NCBI RefSeq assembly: GCF_009914755.1
Contig: NC_060932.1
DNA length: 64,000 bases
Reading direction: 5' to 3' (one strand)
From: the human T2T-CHM13v2.0 reference genome, Homo sapiens
This document shows positions 25,031 to 38,005 of the stretch, piece after piece. Numbering within the stretch: the stretch's first letter is position 1; every line of letters starts with the position of its first letter. Both the position numbers and the translations under genes were made by a program. The notes beneath the pieces were generated by a model, which saw only the letters and a program-made list of their open reading frames with translations, was not told the DNA's origin and did not search any database.

Positions 25031-25542
25031 CATGTAAAAAGTGAAGAAGAAGAAATTAGTGAAAATTTCTAATTCTTAAAAATCAAGTGAGGGCCAGTAG
25101 GATAGTTGAGAGTAACTGGGAGCCTCAGACACAAGGGAAATCTGTGCTCATCCATGAGTTCTTTCCCAGGGACCTTTACTTAGTACTTATCAGAAATTTT
25201 GGGGACAGAGAAGTTGACCAGAGAAAGCCCCCTTTGGTTCCACAGGTGTGCAGGTACTGAGACCCTGCCCTTAGGAACAGGCACAAAATCCCACATACCA
25301 CCCCAGATTTTTCTCTCATGTGAAAAGCCTTACACAACTAGGGGAAGGGCAGAAACTATAGGGCCCACGGTTCTGCGCTTATCCAAAGCAGAGGTCTGCA
25401 AGCCATATAGAGCATAGTTTGGTGCCACATGAAGAGGGAGGGGCAGAAAAGTTGTGGAAAAGCCAGCCCAAGGCCCAGGTCCATGGGGCCTAAGACTAAG
25501 GTTGGACTCAGAGAACTCAAAAGTTTACAGCAGCTGCGTTCA

Positions 25543-26221
<679 letters not shown>

Positions 26222-26370
26222 CTACTGATTTATATGCTATATTCTATTTTTAAAACTCAAACCCATTTATCAATATATATACAACTTTCCCCCTACCCCA
26301 AACTTATGTCAAGTTAATCATAGTCTCCAAGTTTAAATGATTTTAAAATTAATCTAAAATCTTTCTAAAA

Positions 26371-27258
26371 TAGGTGGTTTTAACCTGTAGCTCACTGACA
26401 TGGATAGAATTCAGTTAATTCACAAACCTGGACAGAGAAAATGACATCTTTATTGTTACCTCTAATTGGAATTTGGCATATTCATTAATTATGGGTGTGG
26501 GTCAGAAACCACATAAGTAATTAGCAGTACCTGTCACTTTGTCACCAATAGAAGTCACAGAGAATATATCACATTACAGCTGTTTGCAGATATTTTGAAA
26601 AACCATTTATGCTCATCACAACTTTGAAAATATGATTATTAGACCTGCTGTTAGAACTTTTTATTTCAAGTATAGTTGACTCGAACAATATGAGAGTTAA
26701 TGGTGCTGACCTGCCCCACAGTTGAAAATACACATATAACATTCGACCCCTCAAAAACTTAACTACTAATAGCCTACTATTGACCAGAAGCCTTACCAAT
26801 AACATGGCTATTGTGTGTGTGATATGTATTATATACTGTATTCTTAAAAGAAAGTAAACTAGAGAAAAGAAAATGCTATTAAGAAAATTATAAGGAAGAT
26901 AACATATGTTTATACATTAAGTGGAAGTGAATAATCATAAAGGTCTTTATCCTTATCCTCTTCACACAGAGTAGGCTGAGAAGGAGGAGAAAGAAGAGGG
27001 ACTTGTCTTGCTTTCTTGGGGTGGCAGAGATGGAAGAAAATTCATTTATAAATGGGCCCATACAGTTCAAACCTGTGTTGTCCAAGGGTCAACTGTATTA
27101 ATAAAGAAACACATAGACTGTGTCAGAAATTCATTCTTTTAAAATTTGATAACTCTTTCTCATTGCATTTAGTTTCATTTGAAATCCTATGTATCTCATT
27201 TTTAGAATGTATTATAGGTTTTACAGACTCCCAGAGGGATTCGTAGATGAAGAACCTA
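26371..27258 (+). mobile_element. Charlie4a-like hAT DNA transposon, interrupted by Tigger2a
   Basis: CATGGATAGAATTCAG...TTAGCAGTACCTGTCACTTTGTCACCAATAGAAGTCACAG; resumes TTAATAAAGAAACACAT after 27097. Confidence 0.7.
26673..27095 (+). mobile_element. Tigger2a (MER28-like) TcMar element
   Basis: TIRs (T)AGTTGACTCGAACAA / TGTTGTCCAAGGGTCAACTG; TA TSD on both sides; internal AAAACTTAACTACTAATAGCCTACT. Confidence 0.85.
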
Positions 27259-28269
27259 AAATCTTTCTTTGATTCCTCCCAGTAGTAAGTTCTATTCAGT
27301 GTGAACACTGGTGTGGTCCAGAAAGCCAGAACTATTGAGGGTGTTCTGTCCACGCTTGTGCTTCATCTGCCAGATGTCAGCTATGCAATTCCATAGGAAA
27401 CACTGGTTCTAGCAGGTTTCATGCCATTTGCTGAGTTAGCACGTTTCTGAGCATCTGTAGATTCTCTGTGGGCTTTCTACAGGGCTTTTCCTATGTGGAG
27501 CAACGCAGTCTTAGAATTAAGTGCCATGTACAACCCATTGTAACCTTTCCTATCAGGAGGCCTAGGCTTTAGACCATACCATATGCATGACTCTGGATCC
27601 CTGGAACCCTAGATGGAGAGAGGCAGCTCTGAATCTGTTGGGTTCAACCTCATGTGTCTGTGGATTCCAGAAGGACCGACGTCAAACTTCCAGGCCCATA
27701 GATCAGGGATATTTTTCTAAGTTTTAATGTGGTTCCCTGGCAGGCTGGGTATGACTTAAATGAACATACCATCCTTGCCTAGATCTATACTCTTATCTTT
27801 TAAACTTTATTTATTCTAAGGACTGTCATGCCAAAGCATATCATTTGAGTGACTTAAATATCAGTGGAGGTAGTAGTCAAAGGGCCTCCCCCTGAGGAGT
27901 AGGAGAATTGCTTCCTCATGAGTCGTATTTACAATTAGATACATACCCATTTTAAAGCTAAACTTCCTAACCATTTTAATAAAGCTTATTTCTTTTTTGA
28001 CTCCCTGACAGGAAGTTTTGGCTCTTTTAGGGTAAAATCTGCTTCAGTTTAACTTCTGTCATTGACCTAACTCAGGTCAGTGAAACCTCACAATTATTTA
28101 GGAATTTCCTGAAGTTACTAAAATGCTCTTACTGTGGCCTTCCTGATGTATTCAAGGAATGCTAATCATAGTGACATCTGCCAAATCAAAATATATTTAC
28201 TGGGAAACAGCAGTTTTAGGTTGCATGAAACTTTTTTTTTTAACCCTTTGACCAGCCTCTTCCCAAATG

Positions 28270-28760
28270 CACAGAACATTTTTCTAACAAATGCTGAGGA
28301 TCCAAGTATGTGCCAGGCACTCAGCCGAACATGGGATACAATAAGGGGTAAAGCAAACATGGCCCATGCTTTCATGGAGCTAATAGTATAATATTTGTGC
28401 TGGGGAGAGGATGTCAGTTAGACTACCTGGAAGGTGCTCTGAAGGCCAAGCAGAGGCGGTCAGCAGGTTGTGCTGCAGAGGAACATGACACTGAGAATGG
28501 AGGGGCTGCCTAGTTTGAAGGCCACTTGGAGCTGGCGGCAGGAGTAGAGAGGTGTTCCAGGCAGAGGAAATAGGTTGGCACATATGAGGACACCAAAGAT
28601 GGTCAGAGTGTCTGGGGCAAGGTGAGTGTGGGACCAGATGGAGGTGGAGAGGTAAGCCAGTGCCAGATAATCCAGAGTCCTCTTGGTGAGGCTAAGGATT
28701 TTGGTCTTTGAAGCAGGGGGTGACATGATCAACCATCCTTTATTGGCACAGACATAATGA
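28270..28760 (-). mobile_element. L2 fragment
   Basis: TATGTGCCAGGCACT...CTTTCATGGAGCT...GTTCCAGGCAGAGGAAA...GTGACATGATC. Confidence 0.75.
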
Positions 28761-29246
28761 TATCTATTTTCCAAGAGAACAGATAGTATTCAGCAAAATC
28801 AGCATGCCTAGCAACTTTTTAAAAAGTCTTCTATTTAAACATAATGGACATGATACATATACCATAATACATATACAACATTACAAATATGCCTTCACCT
28901 CTGGATAGCAAGCTTTCAGTTTCAGTGCTAGGATTAGATTACTTAGTTTCTCTGAGGTTCTGAGGGGAGGGAATTCTAAACCACTTGCCTTTGTCATTTG
29001 CCTTTGAAGAATTGTTTGTAAAGTTTCCATTATAAAAAGCTATTAACATTAACCTCAATCTTTTTTTTTAAAAAAAAGGCTGTTAAAATTATTCAGCTGT
29101 TTGCTTGCTATTGCCATAGCTTACTTGTTTATTTGAACTTTATTATAAAGGGCTGGAGATACTGTTACTGTAATTGAATTGAATTGACTTGAAAAATAGT
29201 CCCTTATAGGGATGGTAATCTCTAGTACATTTAAATATATATAAAA

Positions 29247-29412
29247 TAAGTTCTAGGGTACATGTGCACAATGTGCAGGTTTGTTACATATGTATACATG
29301 TGCCATGTTGGTGTGCTGCACCCATTAACTCGTCATTTACATTAGGTATATCTCCTAATGCTATCCCTCCCCACTGCCCCCACCCCACAACAGGCCCCGG
29401 TGTGTGATGTTC
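29247..29412 (-). mobile_element. L1PA (L1PA4-like) 3'UTR fragment lacking poly(A)
   Basis: TAAGTTCTAGGGTACATGTGCACAATGTGCAGG...CCCCACAACAGGCCCCGGTGTGTGATGTTC, close to consensus. Confidence 0.92.
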
Positions 29413-30114
29413 TAGAAAATTTTGAGTCCCCATTTGATTAGCAAACATGAGCCAAAGTCATACTAAACAATTGTGTACATGGCCCTCTCAGCTAATCCTC
29501 TGAATTAAAAGTCCTTGCAATCTTTAGATCATTTGAGTAAGAATGTAAAATGCAGTTTTCATTTCATGCTTATATTTTTTTAAATGAGAAAATTTTGTCT
29601 GCAGAGTAATTGGGCAGCTCTGCCTCATTTTTAGTGTTAACTACCAGTGGGGATTAATTACTTGCCAGCTCATTATATTATTCTCATGGAAACTCAGAGT
29701 TTGTTTGTGGATATTTTGGAGTATTGGACAGTAACAAGTGTCCTTCCGTTTAATGCTGCCACCCTAGGTCTGTGTGTCCCCATATGTGCAATTTCTGAAA
29801 CGTTTCATGTGAAGCAAAGACAGCTTGTGCTGAAACAGCTGGCCTCCACCTGCACTTGGGAGGCTCATTATTATTCACCAGGTACTTATTATCTAGTAAG
29901 CAGAAGACGTAAGAAGTTGCATATTGATTCTGCATCGTGATGCACTTTCAAAGACCCCTTAAACAAGGATATTCAGAGGAGGTGACTAGAGCAGTTGCAG
30001 AGAATTATTTTTCTGTGTGTGTGGCATCTTTATACACGATGTCAACAAGAGCCTTAGAGTCTGACTACTATCAGAGGACCTTGTTCTCTAGCAGGTTCTG
30101 TTTTTGAGACTGTA

Positions 30115-30413
30115 CTTCTGTGAATGTGTGTCTTTATGCATCATTCCTTTGTGGACTTCCCTCCTTCTGTGAATGTGTGTCTTTATGCATCATTCCTTTG
30201 TGGACTTCCCTCCTTCTGGGAATGTGTGTCTTTATGCATCATTCCTTTGTGGACTTCCCTCCTTCTGTGAATGTGTGTCTTTATGCATCATTCCTTTGTG
30301 GACTTCCCTCCTTCTGGGAATGTGTGTCTTTATGCATCATTCCTTTGTGGACTTCCCTCCTTCTGGGAATGTGTGTCTTTAATCTATGCAACATTCCTTT
30401 GTGGACTGCCCTC
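30115..30413. repeat. 49-bp minisatellite, 6 units
   Basis: Unit CTTCTG(T/G)GAATGTGTGTCTTTATGCATCATTCCTTTGTGGACTTCCCTC at 30115, 30164, 30213, 30262 and 30311, plus a diverged unit at 30360. Confidence 0.97.
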
Positions 30414-30860
30414 GCCCCGTAACCACCTTTTTCAGTCCTGTGGTAGATGTGGGGCTAATGTGACCTATCCAGCCAAATAACTCTCACCTCTAGTCTCAGT
30501 GAGTTGCTCAAGGATAGATTCATGGTCTAAGTTGGTAAAATGATGACCTTATTCCCTGGGATTTTGACAGAACACTAAAAACATGCTGTCTTTCTCATGG
30601 AGGTTACAAAGCTATTAGGATTCTTGCCTAGTGCAGCTGATGCCCATCATTGTTATCCAGTGGAGGAAGCCTGCCTGAAAGAGAAATTAGTCAAAACAAA
30701 ACAAAAAGTAAAAAAGTACATCTAGCCCATTAATCCCACCACACCTGCAGCCAGTATGATTTCTGAATATTTCAGCTGCATTAACCCATTATTTTTCACT
30801 TCTATTTAAGCTAATTTAAGTTAGGGTTTTTTTTTTTTTTTCAATGAAAAGAATTAAAAC
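30360..30860 (+). mobile_element. MLT1 (J/K-like) LTR relic
   Basis: TCAGTCCTGTGG...GGGGCT, TTCCCTGGGATTTTG, GGAAGCCTGCCTGA, TTTAAGCTAATTTAAGTTAGGGTTT. Confidence 0.6.
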
Positions 30861-32954
30861 ATAAATGCTGCCTAAACTGTCCCTACACTGAGGTGGCAGC
30901 AGGAAGGGAGAGGTCTGAAGATATCATCTGGTATAGATGTAAAAATTTCTGTTGCCCTGAGCCAAAAAGAGTTTGTAAGTGAGACCAAAGAAGGTGGTAA
31001 CTTTTCTCTCCTGTTTCCATTTTCTTTAAGTAGCACTGGATGTTTTAACAAAACCTGTTTACATTCCGAGGTTGTAGAATCCTAGTTTTTCTCATATACA
31101 GAAATGAGAGACTTTGTGTTGCTATGTACTACAGAAACAAACATAAATGAGCTGGATGAATCCTAGTTACAGCTTTGCCATTTGAAATCCATGGATACAT
31201 TTATTTCTCATAAATTTGCTTTTAGCATGAGGTATTCTAAGGTCTATTGTTCAACGAATAAGATATTACAACTCCCGTAATGGTCTCTAACATGAATAAC
31301 AAGATTAGAGGGACAATCAGTAAAAATAATAAAAGACAAATTATCTTGTCAATTCTCTATTTCTAGTAACTCAGCAATAAAAGCCATTTATGTTCTCATT
31401 TGGACATTAAATAGCTAGAAAATAGGAGTCAGTCATTTCGGATGCAAAATTCTGCCGCAGCTTCATTCCATTTGGTATCGTAGGTATCAGTTTCTTACAG
31501 ACATTTCCTTTTAACCACAGGAAAGAAAAGATACCCAATACGGTAATAAAAATGAGCATTTCAAATGTCCTGTAGACCTAAAGTAGAAAGCAGAAAAACA
31601 GAGGAACTAAAATGACATTTCTGATATAAGTTTAAAATAGAGGCTTATTTCTCATGATTTCTTTATGAAAAGACGTGTGAAACATGTATAAATTAGGATT
31701 GTTCATGGCTAAAAGGAGGTCAGGGGTATTGGAGGTATTATTAAGATTCACTTTATCTTACATTGATACTTGTCCTGTGGATAATAATTTCTGCTAAGAT
31801 GGGTTATAAGATAAGCTTTTTAACTAAAAATAGAACAAGGTTACTAAGCTATAAGAAGAGATAATCTGCATATTAATTCAGTGACCAGAAAACAGTGTCA
31901 TCCAAGGTGTGGTCTGAATGGTCTCCAAGTACATTATGAAACACCTTGGTTGGCTCACTTCCAATTAGAGGGAAAAGTGCAATAAACACCAATTTCCCAC
32001 ATGGCATCATAGAATGTACTAAGGTGTTTATTATCCCTTATGATACTGCAATAGGAAAAATAGATTTCTCCTTCCCAGGTAATTTAATGAGAAGAACATC
32101 CCATTTCAAAAAAAAAAAATCTGTGCAAAAGAAAGTAGCATGAGCATAATGAAACTCTGTGCTGTATTTAATGAACTGATGGCTTAATAAACTATTGCCT
32201 TGGTGACAATAAAAAGTTCTGACCTTTGTATCTATAAGAAATTTTTCTAGTAAGCAAAATTAGCATTCACATTTAAATTTGGTGTTTGCTTCCAATACTT
32301 GATTTGTTATTAGTTCCTATTTCTACAAGCCTATATAGTTAACAGAGCAGAGCTCCTCTGAGCTGTTCCAGCCAGATGGAACATTTCATAGTCTCACATG
32401 GGAAGTGGCTGGAATCCAAACTTCTGTGCGATGGAGTTTCCTGTGCGTTTGGATCTGTCTGCAAGTTCTTCTACCAAAAGGAGTGAGGTATGAAGCATAT
32501 CCTCTTGCCATGGACACACCCATGCAGAATGCAGAGGCTGCTGGATGGGACCTGTAGCTGCAGCCTGAAGACAGCTGGCCATGAAAACAGATGGGGTCCC
32601 TGGGCTATGAGAATTTAGTACTGGCAGGTGAAGTGTATTGGAAGGTGTGGGAGCCTCCTTAAATTTTGTGAAATTAAGAGAGAGCTGGGTTTGCAGAAGT
32701 CCAAGTGTTGACTCTGAATTCATGAACACTGCATGTGGAACATTGCCGACAGCCTGAGCATTCTGTTATTTACAGTACAGACTCTGATGCAAAGAAGGGA
32801 CTGTTCCAATGCAGAATAGCATGAACCACAGAGGAGCAACATCAGGGCAACAAAAGTAGAAGGAATGTCCAAATATTTCCTATAGCCTGTCATGAATGTG
32901 GTTCTGACCAGAATTGATCGGAATTGATTTAAGAACACCTCCCTTGACAACCTA

Positions 32955-33262
32955 AATATGTGTGTGTATATATATATGTATGTGTGTGTGTGTGTGTATA
33001 TATATATATAGTGTGTATATATATAGTGTGTATATGTATATACACACCATATATATACTCTCTATATATTTATATACACATACATTATATATTAATATAT
33101 ACACACACATACTCTATCTATATTTAAATTTATGTATTAAATATACAAATTTATATATTTATATATTATATATATTTATATATAAATATATAGAGAGAAT
33201 ATGTATTTGTGTGTATATATATGTGTATATAAATATATATGTGTACATATATATAGTATATT
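32955..33262. repeat. (TA)n/(TG)n/(CA)n degenerate microsatellite
   Basis: About 300 bp of alternating AT-rich dinucleotides. Confidence 0.95.
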
Positions 33263-33322
33263 CTTAAGATACCTGCATAATAAACTGTAAGTCATTTTCA
33301 TTCTGAATTTCAGGGATTCACA

Positions 33323-33458
33323 ACTCATTCATTCATTCGTTCTTTCATTCAGCAAGTATGTCGATTGTGCACTCTTTGCCAAACATTGGGAAAAAAGTGG
33401 TGAATAACACCAGAGAAATCCTTGTTTTCACAGACTCTGCTTTCCAGTTTATAGTGAC
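33323..33458 (-). mobile_element. L2 3' end
   Basis: (CATT)n tail followed by CAGCAAGTATG...CTCTTTGCCAAACATTG. Confidence 0.65.
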
Positions 33459-33459
33459 A

Positions 33460-35875
33460 ATCATCCAAGGGACATACCTCAAAATAATAGGAGACATCTA
33501 TGACGAACTCACAGCCAGCATCATACTGAATGGTCAAAAGCTGGAAGCATTCCCCTTAAGAACTGAAATAAGACAAGGATGCCCACTCTAACCACTCCTA
33601 TTCAACCTAGTACTGGAAGTCTTAGCCAAAGCAATCAGGCAAGAGGAAGAAATACAAGGCATCCAAATAGGAAAATAAGTTATCAAGCTATCTCTCTTCG
33701 CTTCTATACCTAGAAAACTCCAAAGACTCTTCCAAAATACTGCTAGAACTGATAAGCTATTTTAATAAGTTTTCAGTATACAAAATCAATGTATAAAAAT
33801 CAGTAACATTTGTATACACCAATAATGTCCAGGCTAAGAGTCAAATCAAGATCACAATCCCATTTACAATAGCCACAAAGAAAGGAAATACTTAGGAACA
33901 CAGCTAACCAAGGAGGTGGAAGACTTCTGCAAGGAGAATTACAAAACACTGCTGGAAGAAATCAGAGATGATACAAATAAATAGAAAAACATTCAATGCT
34001 CATGGATTGGAAGAATCAATATCGTTAAAATGGCCATACCGTCTAAAGCAATTTATAGATTCAATGCTATTCCTATCAAACCATCAATGTAATTCTTCCC
34101 AGAATTAGATCACACTACCTGATTTCAAACTATCCTACAAAGCTATAGTAACCAAAACAACACGGTACTGGTACAAAGACAGACACACTGATATGGGTTG
34201 GCTATGTCCCCACCCAAATCCCATCTTGAATTGTAGTTCTCATAATCCCCATGTGTCATGGGAGTGACCCAGTGGGAAGTAACTGAATCATCGGGGCTGT
34301 TACCCCCATGCTGTTCTCATGATAGTGAGTGAGTGAGTTCCACCAGATCTGATGGTTTTATAAGGGACTTTCCCCTTTGACTGGCACTTCTCCTTGCTAC
34401 TGCCATGTGAAGAAGGACATGTTTGCTTCCCCTTCCACCATGATTGTAAGTTTCCTGAGGCCTTCCCAGCCCTGCAGAACTGGGAGTCAATTAAACCTCT
34501 TTCCTTCTTAAATTACCCAGTCTCAGGTATTTCTTCATAGCAGTGTGAGAATGGACTAATACACACATAGACGAATGGAACAGGGTAAAAATCTCAGAAA
34601 TAAAGCCACACACTTAATCTGATTTTCTACAAGGTTGGTAAAAACAAGCAATAGGGAAAGGACTCCCTATTCAATAAATGGTGCAGACATAACTGGCTAG
34701 CCATATGCAGAATAATGAAACTGGACCCTTACTTTTCACCAAATACGATAATTAACTCAAGTTGGATTAAAAATTTAAATGTAAGATCTCAAGCTACAAA
34801 AATCCTAGAAGAAAACCTAGGAGATACCCTTCTTGACATTAGCTTTGGCAAAGAATGTTTTGCTAAGTCCCAAAAAGCAATTGCAACAAAACCAAAAATT
34901 GACAAGTGGGACCGAATTAAAGAGCTTCTGCATAGCCAAAGAAACTATCAATAAAGTAAACAGACAACCTATAGAATGGGAGAAAATATTCACAAACTAA
35001 GCATCCAACAAAGGTCTAATGTCCAAAGTCTATAAGGAACTTAAATCAATAGCCAAAAAACAAATAACCCCATTAAAAAATGGGCAAGGGACATTCACAG
35101 ACACTTCTGAAAGGAAGACTTACAAATGGCCAACACACATATGAAAAAATACTCATCATCACTAATCAGCGTAGAAATAAATAATCAAAACCACAATAAG
35201 ATACCACCCCCAACCAGTCAGAATGGCTATTATTAAAGTCAAACAAGAGACGATGCTGGTGAGGCTGCAGAGAAAAGGGAATGCTTATACATTGTTGGTG
35301 GGAATGTAAATTAGTTCAGCCATAGTGGGAAGCAGTTTGGAGATTTCTCAAATAACCTAAAACAGAGTTGCCATTTGACCCACTAATCCCATTGCTTGGT
35401 ATATGGCCAAAAGAAAATAGATCATTCTACCAAAAAGACACATGCACTAGTATGTTCATTGCTGGGCTATTCACAGTAGCAAAGACATGGAATCAACCTA
35501 GGTGCCCATTAGTGGTGGATTGTATATAGAAATTATGGTACATATACATCATGGAATACTATGCAGCCATAAAAAAATGGAATTATGTCCTTTACAGCAA
35601 CATGGATGGAGATGGAGGCCATAATCCTAAGTGAATGAATGTAGAAGACCAAATACTGCATGTTTTCACTTATAAATTGGAGCTAAATATTGAGAACACA
35701 TGAACCTAAACCTGGAAACAGGAGACACTGTAGACTACTAGAGGGGGAAAGAGAAAGGAAGATGTGACTCAAAAAACTACCTATTGGGTATTGTGCTCAC
35801 TACATGGGTGCAACACACCCATGTAGCAAACTTGCATTTGTACTCCAGTACCTAAAATAAAAGTACAACAAAAAG
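33460..35875 (+). mobile_element. 5'-truncated L1PA15/16-like element (ORF2 3' part and 3'UTR), interrupted by THE1
   Basis: GTYLKII...[26 protein letters not shown]; MKLDPYFSP...; 3' end ACTACCTATTGGGTA...AAATAAAAG. Internal deletion near 34108. Confidence 0.9.
34189..34563 (+). mobile_element. THE1 (THE1C-like) solo LTR
   Basis: TGATATGGGTTGGCTATGTCCCCACCCAAAT...GGACTAATACA; 5-bp TSD CACAC/CACAT. Confidence 0.92.
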
Positions 35876-35976
35876 TCTCAGTGGAAACCATTATAAATGC
35901 AAGATTTGTATTAGCATTAAATTGCATCATTCTTGGAAGTAAATATAAACAAACAAAACAAAAAAACAAGCACATA

Positions 35977-37070
35977 CAGCAGTCTCCCACTTAACTGTAG
36001 TTTTCCTTTTCAAGGTTTCTGTTACCAGTGGTCAATCACAGTCTGAAAATATTAAATGGAAAATTCTATACATAAATTTCATTAGTTTCAAATTGCTTGT
36101 CATTCTGAGTGGTATGCATATATTAGTCCATTTTCACACTGCTGTGAAGAAATACCAGAGACTCGGTAATTTTTGAAGAAAAGGAGGTTTAATAGACACA
36201 GTTCCACATGGCTGGGGAGGGCTCACAATCATGGCAGAAGGCAAAGGAGAAGCAAAAGCATGTTTTACTAGGTGGCAGGCAAGAGAGCATGTGCAGGGGA
36301 CATGCCCTTTATAAAACCATCAGATCTTGTGAGACTTATTCACTACCATGAGAACAGCAAGGGAAAAACCCACCTCCATGATTCATTTACCCCCACCCCC
36401 CAACGGGTCCCTCCCACAACACGTGGGGATTATGGGAGCTACAATTCATGATGAGATTTGGATGGGGACACAGCCAAACCATATCAACACGTGATGAAAT
36501 CTGCCATCTTGCTGTGGCCCAGCTGGGGTGTGAATCATCCTTTTGTTCAGCGTATCCATGCTATAGATCCTACCCACCCATAGCCTCAGTTATCATATCT
36601 ATTGTTGCAGTATTGTAGTGCTTGTATTCAAGTCATCCTTATTTTACTATTCATAATGGCCCCAAAGCACAAGAGTAGTGATGCTGGAATTTGGATATGC
36701 CAAAGAGAAGCTGGAAAGTGCTTCCTTTAAGTGAAAAGGTGAAAGTTCTCAACTTAATAAGGAAAGGGAAACTAATCACATGCTGAAGTTGCAAAAATCT
36801 GCAGTAAGACTAAATTTAGCCAAGAAATTGTGGAGAAGGAAAACAAAATTTGTGTTAGTTTTGTGGTTGCACCTCAAAACTGCAAAAGTGATAGCCAGAG
36901 TGCATGATGAGTGACTAGTTAAGATGGAAAAAGCATTAAATTTATGGATGGAAACCATGAATAGAAAGATGTTCTGATTGATGGCAACTGGGTTTGGTAC
37001 TATCCTCGGTTTCAGGTATCCATTGGTGGGTCTTGGAATGTATTCCTCTGCAGATAAAGAGGGACTACTG
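35977..37070 (+). mobile_element. MER44 (Tigger7-derived) DNA transposon, interrupted by THE1
   Basis: TIRs CAGCAGTCTCCCACTTA / GATAAAGAGGGACTACTG with TA TSDs; internal GTGCTTCCTTTAAGTGAAAAGGTGAAAGTTCTC. Confidence 0.85.
36119..36486 (-). mobile_element. THE1 solo LTR
   Basis: TATTAGTCCATTTTCACACTGCT...GGGGACACAGCCAAACCATATCA. Confidence 0.92.
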
Positions 37071-37079
37071 TACATAATA

Positions 37080-37600
37080 AAAGCTTTGAAGAAAACATAT
37101 TCTGATAATGTGATAAAGCATGACAAGCATGAGGGTTGGTGAGCAGTAATAGAAAAGAGAAGGAACATGAAGATTGACCTGAGAGTAGACCAATATCTAG
37201 AGGATAAGAAGACAGGGAGGCACCAGGAAAGGGAACTGAGAAGGAGCAGCCTGTGAGGTAGCGAAAATCAAGTAAGTAGTTCTTAGCAAATGTTTATGTC
37301 ACTGAAGAATGTTAAGCCCAGGAGTGACCTACCTGATCAAATGGATGCTTTCAGGAAGCTTCGCCCTGGTTGCCAAGGGGGCAGGACTAGAGCAGGGTAA
37401 GAGCAGAGGCAGAGAAACCATTTAATGGGCTGTTGCTGTGACGTGAGAAGTAAGGACTGCTTGGACTATGATTATAGCAGTAGATGTGGTAAAGGTAGCT
37501 GGATCTGGGATATATTTCAAAGGTAATGTGCAAAAAATGGTAGTACACAGAAGATTTACTGATGGATTCAATATTGGATGTGAGGGAAAGAGAACTGGGC
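37080..37600 (-). mobile_element. L2 fragments
   Basis: GGAACTGAGAAGGAGCAGCCTGTGAGGTAG; GGATCTGGGATATATTTCAAAGGTA; GATTTACTGATGGATT. Confidence 0.55.
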
Positions 37601-38005
37601 GATCTACTTTAGATCAATGCTACAGAAAATATTCATCTGAAATTTTGCTATCTGGTCTGTAACAACATGAGAAGCTTGGGCCAAAATGTAAATCACATTT
37701 TTTTCCATGGCAAGATTCTTTCAAGGAAGGAAGTACATTGATTTACATTCTAGCACAGTCCCTTATCTTGTCGTAGACTGGAAGGCACTTCCAGACAGCC
37801 TCATATGCAGATCTTACATTGCAGCATTGAATTAGATGAAGTCATCAGTGAAAGCCATTATTACCAAGTGGTTTATCCAGTCCCATTCTTGAAGAATTGC
37901 TGATTTTGTCATTGTACAGGAGTGTCGTGGTTGCCAACATTACTTGGAACTGCACACAGATAAGTTATAACATACTTTGTGGAGCAATGCCTTCTTAAAC
38001 TTTTG

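Noticed and set aside
30115-30480. Regular repeats as a CRISPR-like array or repetitive protein
   Set aside because: No unique spacers, eukaryotic context, and a 49-bp unit is not a multiple of 3; an ordinary head-to-tail minisatellite in structure.
32060-32085. Second acceptor/donor fusion TTTCTCCTTCCCAG|GTAATT
   Set aside because: Another AG lies only about 15 nt upstream and the donor is weaker; chance-level compared with 48259.
32962-33267. Tyr/Ile-rich 101-aa ORF
   Set aside because: Translation of a (TA)n microsatellite.
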